A stretch of DNA of 64,000 bases. Origin: a bacterium. GTDB lineage: Bacteria; RBG-13-61-14; DATKZS01. Of the stretch, positions 48,231 through 58,422 are shown one piece after another (positions within the stretch are counted from its first letter, which is position 1; each line of letters starts with the position of its first letter). The stretch lies in the NCBI GenBank assembly GCA_963674965.2, contig CAXXFL010000006.1, forward strand, positions 160,001 through 224,000, given 5' to 3'. The position numbers and the translations under genes are program-made. Below the pieces are notes generated by a model that saw nothing but the letters and a program-made list of their open reading frames with translations, had not been told where the DNA came from and did not search any database.

Positions 48231-49241
48231 CTAACAAACGCGAGGCAGAAGGCGTCCGGAGGGCATGTCCAGGACCCTTGTTCCCCCCACTTTGGTACGC
48301 AATACCACCATGCCGGCGGGGGAGTCTTTTACCGTTCCGATTATGGCGGCGTTCTTGCCAAGTTCCGCTGAACGCATGGCCGCCAGGGCGTCATGGGCTT
48401 TCTCCTTTTTAACGAAGGCCACCAGTTTTCCCTCGCAGGCCAGAAAGAACGGGTCCAGGCCCAAAAGTTCGCAAAGCCCCGCGACTTCCTTTTTTATGGG
48501 GACCGAGGCTTCCTCGATCTCGACGCTCGTTCCCGATTGCGTCGCGATCTCGTTCAAGGTCGCCGCCAGTCCTCCCCGCGTGGGATCGCGGAAACAGGCC
48601 GCAGCCCCGGGGCACGCGGCCAGGACGCCCTGAACAAGGCCGCCGAGAGGAGCGCAGTCGCTTTTGAGATCAGTCGCCTTGGTAAGATTTTCCCTGGCGT
48701 TCAAGATGGCGATCTCGTGATCGCCCACCGTCCCACTAACCAGGACCGCCATGCCCGGCTTTGCCCTGGACCCGGAAAGCTCGATCCCCTCCTCGATTAT
48801 CCCCACTCCGCTCGTGGTGATATATATCTCGTCCACGGCGCCTTTCTCGGCCACCTTGGTGTCGCCCGTTACCACCTCGACCCCCGCGTCATTGGCCGTC
48901 TTTGCGATCGAGCGGCATATCTTTTCCAGGACCTCGATCTCGAGTCCCTCCTCGAGGAGAAAGGAGACGCTTAACCAGCGAGGCTTCGCCCCCACCATGG
49001 CCAGGTCGTTGGCCGTGCCGCAGACGGCGAGCTTTCCGAGGTCTCCGCCCGGGAAAAAGATTGGCTTCACCATGAAGGAGTCGGTCGAGAAAGCCAGACG
49101 GCCGGACTCGACCCGGATCACGGCCGAGTCGTCGCTCGATCCCCTCGCCCTGGGCGCGAAGCTGCCTCCAAATACCTCGCGGATAAGGGCGTGCATCTCG
49201 AGCCCTCCCGCGCCGTGTCCCAGTCCTATTTTATTCTTCAC
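48231..49241 (-). CDS. hypE: Hydrogenase maturation carbamoyl dehydratase
   Basis: GHGAGG, STDSF, FFPGGDLG.LAVCGT.ND, GDTKV, RDPTRGG, ACEG, terminal LPRVC; GTG 49241 overlaps the hypD stop. Confidence 0.93.
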   Translation of the reverse strand: MKNKIGLGHGAGGLEMHALIREVFGGSFAPRARGSSDDSAVIRVESGRLAFSTDSFMVKPIFFPGGDLGKLAVCGTANDLAMVGAKPRWLSVSFLLEEGLEIEVLEKICRSIAKTANDAGVEVVTGDTKVAEKGAVDEIYITTSGVGIIEEGIELSGSRAKPGMAVLVSGTVGDHEIAILNARENLTKATDLKSDCAPLGGLVQGVLAACPGAAACFRDPTRGGLAATLNEIATQSGTSVEIEEASVPIKKEVAGLCELLGLDPFFLACEGKLVAFVKKEKAHDALAAMRSAELGKNAAIIGTVKDSPAGMVVLRTKVGGTRVLDMPSGRLLPRVC

Positions 49242-50317
49242 CTCTTCACTTCCCCGTATTTGTAATAGGCCCGGCAGGACCCTTCCGATGAAACCATGCA
49301 AGGACCGACGGGACCGACGGGAGAGCAGGCCTTGCCGAAGAGGGGGCAATCGGGAGGATCGATCAGGCCGCGCAGGACGTCGGCGCACCGGCAGCCGGGC
49401 GCGTCCCGGCCCTCGCTTTGAAATTCCACCTTTATCAAGGAGGCGTCCCGTTTTTGGAACGCTGGACGAAAGCCGAGGCCGCTGTCCGGTATCTCGCCCA
49501 GCCCCCGCCACAAAGAGGAAACCGGCTCGAAAACCTGGTCGCGCGTCCGTATAGCCATCGGGTTTCCCTCTTGCCTGACCACGCCGCCGTACTCGTTCTC
49601 GATTCTCGCCACGCCCCTCGCGGCCAGCTCGATAACCCGAGCGAGGGCCCTCAATATGGCTCGCGCCTCGAAGCCGGCCACCACGCCCGCGAGACCGAAC
49701 TCCCGGGCGAGGAAGAAGAAAGGCTCGAGGCCGGTCACTGCGCTCACGTGTCCGGGCAAGAGGAACCCGTTTATGTTGGCCCCCCCGTCCTGGAGCAGAG
49801 CCCTCATGGCCGGGGCGATCAGCTTCATGGCGGGAAGGACCATGAAGTTGCCGATACCCCGCTTCTCCGCCTCGATGACGGCGGCGGCGATGGCGGGCTG
49901 AGTGGTCTCGAAGCCCACGCCGAAGAAAACGACCTTCTTGTCCGGATTTTCCAAAGCGACTTTCAGGCAGTCCCTCGGCGAGTAGACCACCTTGACTTTC
50001 GCGCCCATGGCGCCGGCTTTCTCGAGGCTCAGCCTGGAGCCCGGCACCCTGATCATGTCGCCGAAGGTGCAAAGGATAAGGTCGGGCAAGAGGGCCAGGG
50101 CGATGGCCATGTCCACCGTCTCGACGGGTGTGACGCAGACCGGGCACCCCGGTCCCGAGGCCAGGCGCAGCTTCGCGGGAAGGATCGACCTTATCCCTTC
50201 CCGGGCGATGGCCATGGTATGGGTACCGCATACCTCCATGACGGTGAGAGAGCGTCCGGCCAGGGCCGTCCCGATCTTTTCCCGCCATCCCTCGCCCTTT
50301 GGACCGCTATTATTCAC
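49238..50317 (-). CDS. hypD: Hydrogenase maturation protein HypD
   Basis: MEVCGTHT, GPGCPVCVT, GFETT, PGHVS, GPCMVSSEGSC. Confidence 0.95.
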   Translation of the reverse strand: MNNSGPKGEGWREKIGTALAGRSLTVMEVCGTHTMAIAREGIRSILPAKLRLASGPGCPVCVTPVETVDMAIALALLPDLILCTFGDMIRVPGSRLSLEKAGAMGAKVKVVYSPRDCLKVALENPDKKVVFFGVGFETTQPAIAAAVIEAEKRGIGNFMVLPAMKLIAPAMRALLQDGGANINGFLLPGHVSAVTGLEPFFFLAREFGLAGVVAGFEARAILRALARVIELAARGVARIENEYGGVVRQEGNPMAIRTRDQVFEPVSSLWRGLGEIPDSGLGFRPAFQKRDASLIKVEFQSEGRDAPGCRCADVLRGLIDPPDCPLFGKACSPVGPVGPCMVSSEGSCRAYYKYGEVKR

Positions 50318-50531
50318 CCGCGTCCATCTCCCGGAAAAGCTCGAGCGATCTTTTGGCCTCCTCGGGGTCTATCACCTGGATCACGTAGCCCGCGTGAACC
50401 AGCACCCAGTCGCCCACCCCGGCGTCGGGCGTAAGGTCCAGGGCCACCTCCTTGGTCAGGCCGGACCAGGAGGCGACTCCCAGATTCTCTTCCCCTATCT
50501 CAACCAACTGGGCCGGTATGGCCAGACACAT
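50310..50531 (-). CDS. hypC: Hydrogenase chaperone HypC
   Basis: MCLAIP, GDWVLVHAG. Confidence 0.95.
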   Translation of the reverse strand: MCLAIPAQLVEIGEENLGVASWSGLTKEVALDLTPDAGVGDWVLVHAGYVIQVIDPEEAKRSLELFREMDAGE

Positions 50532-51693
50532 TTTTATCTCCTTTTGCCAGACGGGCCGAGGCCGCGGCGGCCTGGCCGTAAGCCAGGAAGCCGTCGTGGG
50601 GCCGGGTCCTGTCGGCTTGGCATACCCGGAAAGAGGCGGACTCGAGCCTTTCCGCCGTCATGGGCGCGAGCGTCCGGTTCTGGAACACGCCCCCTGAAAG
50701 GACCGCTATCTTCACGTCCCTTTCGCGGGACACCTTTTCGCAAAGTTCGGCGGCGGCAAGGGCCAGGGCCAGGTGGAAACCCGCGGCCAGCTTACCGACG
50801 TCCGTCCCGTCCTCCAACGATGATACCATCCTTTTCACCGCCGGGAGAGGATCGAGTATCCATGATCCTCCCTCTTTTTTCACCTCCATCTCGAGGGGGA
50901 TGGGATCGCGATCTTTCGCGGCGGCTTCCAGGGTAATGGCCGCCCTGGCCGGCGCGTCGTTTACATCGCAAAGGCCGAGGAGGGACGAGACGCCGTCGAA
51001 GAGCCTTCCCGCGCTGGTGGTGGGCGGAGAGTTGACGCCCCTTTCCATGGCCCTTATCAGCACGCGCGTTTTTTCCATGTCATGACGTGAGGCGAAGCGA
51101 GCGGCGTGGCCGGGCCAGTCGTCCCCATAGGCCCGGTAGAGCAGGGACAGGGCCATGCGCCACGGGGCGAGGGCCGCCGCGTCTCCGCCCGGCTGGGCCA
51201 TGGGACGGAGATGACCGACCCTCTCGAAATCGGCCAGGTCTCCCAAAAGGAACTCTCCTCCCCAGAGGCCTCCGTCCGTTCCCATGCCCATGCCGTCGAA
51301 GATCACGCCGAGGCAGGTCTCGGTAATACCGTGCTCGGCCATGACCGAGGCCATGTGGGCGTGGTGATGCTGTATGGGAACGGGGATGAGACCGCTGGAC
51401 ATGGCCATCCGGCTCGAGGCGAAGTCCGGATGAAGGTCGCGGGCGCAGTAAAGCAAAGACGCGCCGGCGTTATGAACGACTCTTTCGATCGACTCCTCCA
51501 TCCGAACTCTTGCCGCCGGAGCGCCAAGGTCGTCGCCGAGCTCGAAGAGCCTTGCCTCGCCCCCCGCCGCCAGGCAAAAGCTCGAGTTCAGTTCCGCGCC
51601 GAAGGCAAGAAGCGGCGGCCCCGCGACGGGAAGGGCGAGTCTATATTCCAGTGGCGTTTCTTGGGGCCATTGATTTTTCATGCGCGTATTCAC
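50500..51693 (-). CDS. hypF: Short HypF carbamoyltransferase (C-terminal Kae1-like domain only)
   Basis: DLHPDF, QHHHAH, DGMGMG.DG..WGGE, PGGD, SAGRLFD, LSGGVFQN; no acylphosphatase, zinc-finger or YrdC part. Confidence 0.85.
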   Translation of the reverse strand: MNTRMKNQWPQETPLEYRLALPVAGPPLLAFGAELNSSFCLAAGGEARLFELGDDLGAPAARVRMEESIERVVHNAGASLLYCARDLHPDFASSRMAMSSGLIPVPIQHHHAHMASVMAEHGITETCLGVIFDGMGMGTDGGLWGGEFLLGDLADFERVGHLRPMAQPGGDAAALAPWRMALSLLYRAYGDDWPGHAARFASRHDMEKTRVLIRAMERGVNSPPTTSAGRLFDGVSSLLGLCDVNDAPARAAITLEAAAKDRDPIPLEMEVKKEGGSWILDPLPAVKRMVSSLEDGTDVGKLAAGFHLALALAAAELCEKVSRERDVKIAVLSGGVFQNRTLAPMTAERLESASFRVCQADRTRPHDGFLAYGQAAAASARLAKGDKNVSGHTGPVG

Positions 51694-51866
51694 CTTAATG
51701 GTTTAAGTTTAGTCTCGGGTTATGTCGCGGGCAAACGCGGCATAAAAAAAGGGCTTGACTCGCCCGGCCCAATTATGTAACGTTTGTTAAATTCACGCGG
51801 CATTGAAGGCCGAAAAAGATACATGAGTGTATAAGCTACTGGGACTCGGACGGCTTTAATAAGGAG

Positions 51867-52712
51867 ATGGACAAGGTGAATAGCGGTATGGATAAATATA
51901 AAGGCAAGGTCGCCATCGTGACCGGCGCCGGCTCGGGCATAGGCAGGGCCCTGGCCGAGGAGTTGTCGCGGCGGGGAACGGCGGTGGCCGTGTCGGACGT
52001 GAACCCGGACCGGCTCGAGTCCACGAGAAGCGGCATCGCGGCGTCGGGCGGATCGGTCCGGGCCTTCGCTTTGGACGTGTCGGATTACGAGGCGGTGAGG
52101 AAGATGGTCGGCGACGTGATCGGGGAGCACGGCCGCCTGGATTACATCTTCAACAACGCGGGCATAGCGGTGGGCGGCGAGGCGCGGGACGTGGATATAG
52201 AGGATTGGCGGGCGGTGCTGGGCGTAAACCTCTACGGCGTGGTCAACGGCGTGGCCTCGGCATATCCTTTCATGGCCAAACAGGGATGGGGGCACGTGGT
52301 GAACACGGCCTCCATCGAGGGGCTCATACCCTTCCCCATGACCGCCTCATACGTGGCCAGCAAGTACGCGGTGGTCGGCCTGTCCAACGCCCTCCACGTC
52401 GAGGGCGCCGACCTGGGAGTAAAGGTACACGCCGTGTGTCCCGGCTACATCAAGACCAACATCTTCGAGGACTCGAAGTTAATCAAGGTGGACAGGGAAA
52501 AATTCATCAAGTCCCTGGCCGACTGGGCGGGCATAACACCCGAGGAATGCGCGAGGCGTATTTTAAAGGGGGTCGAGAAAAACAAGGCCATCATTCCCAT
52601 CACCGCCTTCTCCTGGATCATGTGGTATCTGCATCGACTCAGCCCGGGCGCCATTCTATGGCTGATGAAAAAACTGATCTGGAGCGCGAGAAAAGACGGG
52701 ACGGTGGGATAG
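51867..52712 (+). CDS. Short-chain dehydrogenase/reductase
   Basis: TGAGSGIG, NNAG, YVASK, CPG; alternative start at 51888. Confidence 0.92.
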   Translation: MDKVNSGMDKYKGKVAIVTGAGSGIGRALAEELSRRGTAVAVSDVNPDRLESTRSGIAASGGSVRAFALDVSDYEAVRKMVGDVIGEHGRLDYIFNNAGIAVGGEARDVDIEDWRAVLGVNLYGVVNGVASAYPFMAKQGWGHVVNTASIEGLIPFPMTASYVASKYAVVGLSNALHVEGADLGVKVHAVCPGYIKTNIFEDSKLIKVDREKFIKSLADWAGITPEECARRILKGVEKNKAIIPITAFSWIMWYLHRLSPGAILWLMKKLIWSARKDGTVG

Positions 52713-52823
52713 GAACGACCGATCGTTTTTGGCCGCCCACGGCGTTCATGCGCGGGCGGCGTAGCCGCGGGCAGAACGGAGAAGTGCTTCATTTGGGATG
52801 TATGAGAAATTTAAGAGGATGAA

Positions 52824-53528
52824 ATGCCAAATAGGAATAGAGAGGAAGAGAAAAAAAGTATCTCCGCTCTTGAGCGTTGGTTGCAAGAACATGGTTGCGA
52901 TGTGAAGGTAAAGTCTGAACCTAATGATCCTCCTGATTTTTGGATTGAAATAGATGGCGAGACGTTCGCGGCCGAAGTTACTCAAATCAAAAGGGAAAAT
53001 GTGCCAAAAGCCTATGATTGGTATTGCAAGCTACTAAAAGATTTGAAAGGGAAAGCTTCAAGCCTGCCTGGTTATTACTCATTGGACGTAGCAGGCGAGC
53101 CAGAAATACCAAAACCCGGGAGCCAGGAGAGGAAACAAATAATCGCAAATGCGTTACAATATATAGATTATACGAAAAACATGAACTCCTATGATTCTGA
53201 GCCTCTTTGGGGAAGTGGCGGTCCAGGTATTTTAATTACAAAAAGATCATCTTCTCCATCAGGGATATTTCTAAACCACTATCGAGCGGAAAGAAAAACA
53301 CGGACTCAGGAAGAAATGCAGAACCTATTACAGGAAAGAGTCGATAATAAAAAAGCAAAAATGGAAAAGGTCGATTGTTCAAAGAAGATACTCCTTCTTT
53401 ACAACTCGGATGGTTTCTGCACTTACAACATTGCGCGAGAGGTGTTTCATAAAATAAATGGGTACGATTGTTTCCACTCAATTTTTTGGATCGGCCAAAG
53501 TGGAGAATGTCGCAGGCTTGCTTATTAA
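52824..53528 (+). CDS. AT-rich hypothetical protein, possible PD-(D/E)XK fold
   Basis: DPPDFWIEIDGETFAAEVT resembles the PD...E core; composition differs from neighbours. Confidence 0.5.
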   Translation: MPNRNREEEKKSISALERWLQEHGCDVKVKSEPNDPPDFWIEIDGETFAAEVTQIKRENVPKAYDWYCKLLKDLKGKASSLPGYYSLDVAGEPEIPKPGSQERKQIIANALQYIDYTKNMNSYDSEPLWGSGGPGILITKRSSSPSGIFLNHYRAERKTRTQEEMQNLLQERVDNKKAKMEKVDCSKKILLLYNSDGFCTYNIAREVFHKINGYDCFHSIFWIGQSGECRRLAY

Positions 53529-53805
53529 TCTGCAACCCAGCCAATATGCAAACGAATCTTCCCGCCCATCGGGCGGACATATCGCGGCCCTGACCCCGGG
53601 CCGTGATATCCTGGCCCCGTAGGGCGATGTGATTCATCATGCGATTTTTTCTATTTTTTCCTTTCCATCAACAGGTCGCTGAACATGGTAACGCAGACGT
53701 ATAAGATACCCGCTGACGTCCCCACGGGACTTAACGACGGATGACCCGTCCGTTTTTCGTAAGAAACCGGGCGGCTTGGGCGACTATATCAGGATTGGAA
53801 CGCTC

Positions 53806-54714
53806 TTAAAAGTCGCGGGCCAGCTTGAAGTGGGCGAAGATTTTCTTGACGCTCTCGCGCTCTTCCTTGCTCATCCACTCCTCGCGGGAGTATTTTACGT
53901 CCTTGTCCATGGCCCGGGCCTTGGAGACCCAGAGGGGGTTGTAGGGGAGGAGCCCGATCTCGCCCACGCCCAGTTCCTTGAGACGGGAGGCGATGGCGAT
54001 GAGGTTCCCGGGGGTGGCGGTGACGCCGGGGATGAGGGGGGTCCTGATGAGGACGGGCGGCGTATCGAGGGCGGCCAGCCGGGCGATGTTTTCCTGGATT
54101 CTTCTCGAGTCCAGGCCGGCGTATTTTTTATGGTCCTCCGGGTCCACTATCTTCATGTCCACGAATATCCGGTCGAGATGAGGCAGGAGATTGTTTTTGA
54201 AGCGGTCCCACTCGAACATGCCCGAGGTCTCGAGCAGGACGCGAATCCCCCTGCCCTTCAACTCGCGGGCCAGCTCGGCGACGTAGTCCATGAACATGGT
54301 CGGCTCTCCGCCCGAGAGGGTGACGCCGCCGCCGGAGTTGTCGTAAAAGGCCTTGTCCCTGGCCAGGAGGTCGGCCAGCTCGAGTACCTCGTATCTTTTG
54401 CCCACCATGGAGAGGGCGCCGGAGGGGCACTCGTCCACGCACTTGCCGCAGAGGTCGCATTTTTCGCGGTCGAGTTTCGCCGGACCGTCCGGTCCGATGG
54501 CATTTTTAGGGCAGACCTTGGCGCATTCTCCGCACCCGATGCAGGTCTCGGCCTTGTACATGATCTCGGGGTCCGGGTCGATGCACTCGGGGTTATGGCA
54601 CCAGACGCAGCTAAGTGGGCATCCCTTGAAGAAGACCACCGACCTCACGCCTGGCCCGTCGTCGAGGCTGTTCCTTTTTATCTCCGCCACCAGGGGATAC
54701 TTCACGGCGCCCAT
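53806..54714 (-). CDS. Glycyl-radical enzyme activase (radical SAM with ferredoxin insert)
   Basis: DGPGVRS..FFKGCPLSCVWCHNPE, two CxxCxxCxxxCP motifs, GGGVTLSGGEP. Confidence 0.94.
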   Translation of the reverse strand: MGAVKYPLVAEIKRNSLDDGPGVRSVVFFKGCPLSCVWCHNPECIDPDPEIMYKAETCIGCGECAKVCPKNAIGPDGPAKLDREKCDLCGKCVDECPSGALSMVGKRYEVLELADLLARDKAFYDNSGGGVTLSGGEPTMFMDYVAELARELKGRGIRVLLETSGMFEWDRFKNNLLPHLDRIFVDMKIVDPEDHKKYAGLDSRRIQENIARLAALDTPPVLIRTPLIPGVTATPGNLIAIASRLKELGVGEIGLLPYNPLWVSKARAMDKDVKYSREEWMSKEERESVKKIFAHFKLARDF

Positions 54715-54720
54715 CCTCGC

Positions 54721-57666
54721 TCACTTCTTCAGGGCGTGCTCGGCCCTCTCGATCAGCTCGAGCTGGAGGTCCCGGTTAAGCTCGATGAAATAGGCGTTAT
54801 AGCCGGAGATGCGGACCATGAGGTTTCTGTGCATCTCGGGATGCTCCATGGCCTCCTTCAAGGTCTCCGTGCTCATCACGTTGAACTGCATCTGCATGCC
54901 GCCCGTCTCGACGTAGGTCTTGGCGTAGGCGGTCATTATATCCAGCGACTCCTCGGGCGCGTCGTTCGGGTCTGGCACCACCTTGACGTTGAAGGCGATG
55001 TTGTTGGGCATCTTGAGGGGATCGAGCCCGGCCACGGTCTGGATGTTTTGGAGGAGCGTGTCCCTGGCCCCCGGCGCGGGGGTGATGCCGGGGGTAAAAG
55101 GCTTGTATCTTCTCCTTCCGCTGGGCAGGGCACCTGATAAAATGCCGAAGGCCACGTGGTTGGACATGGACCAGTAGCCGGTGGTGTATTTTCCGCCCCG
55201 GTAATGGGGGAAGGACTGGTACAGGTCGTAGAGCCAGTCGATCATCTCCTGGGCCAGGCGGTTGCATTCCTCGTCTCCCGAGCCGAACTTGGGGACCCGG
55301 TTCTGGACGCGGGCGTGCAGTTTCTCGTGTCCCTCGAAGTCATTGGACAGGGCCTCGAGCAAAGTCCCGAAATCGACGCGCTTCTCGTCGTAGACCAGCT
55401 TCTTGACGGCCATGAGGGAGTCGATCACGTCGGCCAGGCCGATCAGGGCCACGCCCGAGGTGTTATACCTGGCGCCTCCGTCCACCACGTCCTTGCCCTT
55501 TTCCAGGCAGCCGTCGATGAGGGAGGAGAGGAAGGGAGTGGGCCGCACGTAGCGGTGGGTCTCTCCGAAAAGGTTGTTGCACTCGACCGACTGTCCGGCC
55601 AGGAACTTAAGTTGGGTCTTGTAGGCCTCGAGGAACTCCTCGAAGGTCCCGAAGTTTCTCGGGTCTCCGGTTCGCGGCCCGACGTACTCTCCGCACAGGG
55701 GATGGAACCCGTCGTAAAAGGCCATCTCGAGGGGGGCCACCAGGCTGAACATCATGCAGTTGGTATGTCCGAAGTGACGTCCCGAGCTGGTGGGCTCGAC
55801 GCAGCCGGTGGCGCTCCAGTCCCTGGCGTCCTCCACGGCGAAGCCCTGGTTGGCCACGGCGGCTATGACCGCCTCGTCGTTGTGGATGGAGGGGGTCGAG
55901 CCGGTGAGCATGTTGACCTCGCAGAGGCGGCGGAGGTAATCCTCGGAGTTGGCCGACGGGTGGTACCTGGCGTTCAGGTTCGGGTCCCTCAGCCGGAGCA
56001 TCTCCGCCACCTTGAGGATGATATAGGTCATGTCGCACACGCCGTTGCCGCCGTCCTCCAGCACTCCCCCCAGGGTGATGGCCTGGTCCGAGCTAGAGCC
56101 GCCGAAGAGCTTGTTGCCCAGGTCCGCCACCTGGGGAAGGTGGTCGGTGCAGCGCAGGAAGAAGCAGCCCAGAAGCTCGACCGCCCTTTTGATCATGGCG
56201 TCCCCGGCCTCCTGGTCGGCGCATTTTTTCATGTCCGCCTCGAGGTAGGGCTGGAGCCACTTATCGACGCGGCCGATGCTGAGGCCCGCGTTGGTGTTTT
56301 CCATGTGGAGGGCGACCCAGGTGATCCACATCGAGTTCACGGCCTCCTCGAGGGTCTCGGCCGGACCGGCGGGGACCTTGGCCAGGACGGCGGCCAGGTT
56401 GTCGAGTTCGGCCTTGCGGGCCGGGTCCTTGCATTCTTTGGCCTGGAGGGCGGCCTGGGCCTGAAGACCCCGGCCATAGGCCATGACGCCCTCCAGGCAA
56501 AGACGCGCCGAGCGGTAGAAGGTCCTGGCCCCCTCGTCGGAGGTAGCGCTCTCGAGCTCGGACGCCTCGTCGGCTATGGCCGACAGTCCCTTGCCAAGCA
56601 CGCTGGGAAAATCGGCAATGGTGTGGGACAGGGAGTGGGCCTTCCACTGGAAGTAAAGCACGAAGCGCTCGTCCAGCCTCATGCAGGTGGGGTTGTCCGC
56701 TTTTTTCCTGGCCACCTCCCTCATGTTGCGCTTTTCCCAATAGGGGAATATCTCGCTCAGGACGCGCCTGTCCTCCTCGGATATCCGGTACGGGTTCAGC
56801 TTCCGGGACTGCATGGTGTAAAGCTCGGGCCAGATAAAGACACCGCCCAGGTCGGGGTAGACCACCACGCCCACGTCCTTGTCCGTGGTCGTGCCCGCGA
56901 TGAGGTCGTTCTCGCGGATGATGGGCCGGCGGTTCTCCATCAGGTACTTGTAGGACTCGGCCTGGCGCAGGCGCGGATCGCGGGGTTTTTTGTCGGCGTC
57001 CTCCTCGTAGCCGTGCTCTCGGAAATACTCCGTCACCAGGCGGGCCCGCTCGGTGGACATCTCGGGCCTGGTACTGAAGAAGTCCTTTAAAAATTCCTGG
57101 AGGCGCGGAAAGTCCTCGATGGTCCAGTCCGAAAAGGCCGGGTCGTCCAGGAACTTGACCTCATCGCATCTCTTCATGCGCTGGGACCTGACGGGGGGCG
57201 CTATCTCGGCGTTATAGAGCACGTCGTGGCGCGGGTCGCTTTTGCGTCCGTTCTGGTTAAGGAGCCTTCCCATCAGGTAGGAAAAGCGGGCCACCGTGGC
57301 CAGGTTGCCGTCGAACACCAACTCGTTGCGCAGAAGCATCTCCATGGATTCCTCCGGCGAGCTGAGGAGCATCTTTTTCAGACAAGCCAGGTCCTTGAGG
57401 ATGAAGGTCACGTCCGGCTTATCCACCGGACCCTTGCCGGACCGGGCCTTGCCTTTCTCGACGACCAGGTGACGGCAGAAATCTCCGTCCCGAGTCTTGA
57501 AGACTATCCTCGAGTTCCACGGCTCGGTCCCCTTGCCCGTGTCCTGGTAAACGTTACGCTTGCGGAACTCCGAGTCCAGGGCCGCCCTTACGCCGATGCT
57601 CTTGAGCACGGCCGCCATCAATACGGGCGCCATCTTGTCCGAGGTCTTTTCCAGAAAGGATTTCAT
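54721..57666 (-). CDS. Glycyl radical enzyme (PFL2/dehydratase-like) with N-terminal SCP2-like domain
   Basis: Cys loop SATGCVEP, Gly loop RISGYNAYF, SIGRVD, QFNV; N-terminus V.KGK....G....PDVT..L.......L.....L...GN; AAGGAG RBS before ATG 57666. Confidence 0.88.
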   Translation of the reverse strand: MKSFLEKTSDKMAPVLMAAVLKSIGVRAALDSEFRKRNVYQDTGKGTEPWNSRIVFKTRDGDFCRHLVVEKGKARSGKGPVDKPDVTFILKDLACLKKMLLSSPEESMEMLLRNELVFDGNLATVARFSYLMGRLLNQNGRKSDPRHDVLYNAEIAPPVRSQRMKRCDEVKFLDDPAFSDWTIEDFPRLQEFLKDFFSTRPEMSTERARLVTEYFREHGYEEDADKKPRDPRLRQAESYKYLMENRRPIIRENDLIAGTTTDKDVGVVVYPDLGGVFIWPELYTMQSRKLNPYRISEEDRRVLSEIFPYWEKRNMREVARKKADNPTCMRLDERFVLYFQWKAHSLSHTIADFPSVLGKGLSAIADEASELESATSDEGARTFYRSARLCLEGVMAYGRGLQAQAALQAKECKDPARKAELDNLAAVLAKVPAGPAETLEEAVNSMWITWVALHMENTNAGLSIGRVDKWLQPYLEADMKKCADQEAGDAMIKRAVELLGCFFLRCTDHLPQVADLGNKLFGGSSSDQAITLGGVLEDGGNGVCDMTYIILKVAEMLRLRDPNLNARYHPSANSEDYLRRLCEVNMLTGSTPSIHNDEAVIAAVANQGFAVEDARDWSATGCVEPTSSGRHFGHTNCMMFSLVAPLEMAFYDGFHPLCGEYVGPRTGDPRNFGTFEEFLEAYKTQLKFLAGQSVECNNLFGETHRYVRPTPFLSSLIDGCLEKGKDVVDGGARYNTSGVALIGLADVIDSLMAVKKLVYDEKRVDFGTLLEALSNDFEGHEKLHARVQNRVPKFGSGDEECNRLAQEMIDWLYDLYQSFPHYRGGKYTTGYWSMSNHVAFGILSGALPSGRRRYKPFTPGITPAPGARDTLLQNIQTVAGLDPLKMPNNIAFNVKVVPDPNDAPEESLDIMTAYAKTYVETGGMQMQFNVMSTETLKEAMEHPEMHRNLMVRISGYNAYFIELNRDLQLELIERAEHALKK

Positions 57667-57717
57667 TTTCCGCTCCTTTTCGCGCGGGTCGTTTTTCAAG
57701 CGGCCAAAGCCGACGCG

Positions 57718-58392
57718 TCACCGATTGGCCGAGGCCATGGTATCGGACGTTGCCGATCCCCCGGTCAGGACCAGGCGATAGGCCAGGTCGATAACGTCTT
57801 CCACGGTCTTCTCGGGGTCATCGTCCACCTGGGCGAGAAGGCCGTTGTTAAAAAGCGAGACGATCCCGTGAAGCTGGCTCCATAAAGCGAACTGGGCCGT
57901 TTTGGGATTTATGGACTCCCCGTAGCCAGCGTCGATGAATTCCTTGACGCACTTGCCGGCTATCTCGAGGTTCTTCACGGAGCTCTCGAGTTCCTCCCTG
58001 GCCGCTTCCTCGAGGGCGGTCCCAATATAATCGGTATACTTGGGGCCGGAGGCGTCGAACATGATCTCGTAGTAGCGTGGCTTGGTGATCCCGAACAGGA
58101 CGTAGGCCTTCATCATGATGCGCGCTTTCTCGGGCAGGTCCTTGCCTTTTTCATAAGCCGCCTCGAGTTCATCGTAGAGCATGCGGCCGGCTCGTTTCCT
58201 AATGGCTATATTTATCTCGTCCTTGTTTTTAAAGTAATGGTAGAGGTTGGCCGCCGTCATGCCCATCTTGTTTCCGATCTTCCGCATGGACATGCTCTGA
58301 TAGCCTTGCTCCAATACAATGAGGGCGGCCACGTCCAGGATATCCTGTTTCATCCTGGCTATTTCCAATTCATCCATAGGGGCCTTGGGCAT
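57718..58392 (-). CDS. TetR/AcrR-family regulator
   Basis: ILDVA...GY..MSMRKIG..MGMT..NLYHYFKNKDE; C-terminal LWSQLHG (WHG-like). Confidence 0.92.
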   Translation of the reverse strand: MPKAPMDELEIARMKQDILDVAALIVLEQGYQSMSMRKIGNKMGMTAANLYHYFKNKDEINIAIRKRAGRMLYDELEAAYEKGKDLPEKARIMMKAYVLFGITKPRYYEIMFDASGPKYTDYIGTALEEAAREELESSVKNLEIAGKCVKEFIDAGYGESINPKTAQFALWSQLHGIVSLFNNGLLAQVDDDPEKTVEDVIDLAYRLVLTGGSATSDTMASANR

Positions 58393-58422
58393 TTTTGTTT
58401 CCTTCTGGAGTGACGTCCATTG

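Noticed and set aside
48231-50288. 685-aa ORF suggesting a long N-terminal extension of HypE
   Set aside because: The extension is an off-frame, Arg/Gly/Pro-rich shadow of hypD; HypE homology begins at GTG 49241, which overlaps the hypD stop
55156-57090. Long antisense ORFs (also 6490-7950, 42710-44335, 53776-55137, 39497-40837)
   Set aside because: They mirror well-supported genes on the opposite strand, as expected from high-GC codon bias, and show no motifs
54721-57666. Calling the GRE pyruvate formate-lyase or choline TMA-lyase
   Set aside because: It lacks the PFL Cys-Cys pair; CutC-specific residues could not be verified and no microcompartment genes are adjacent
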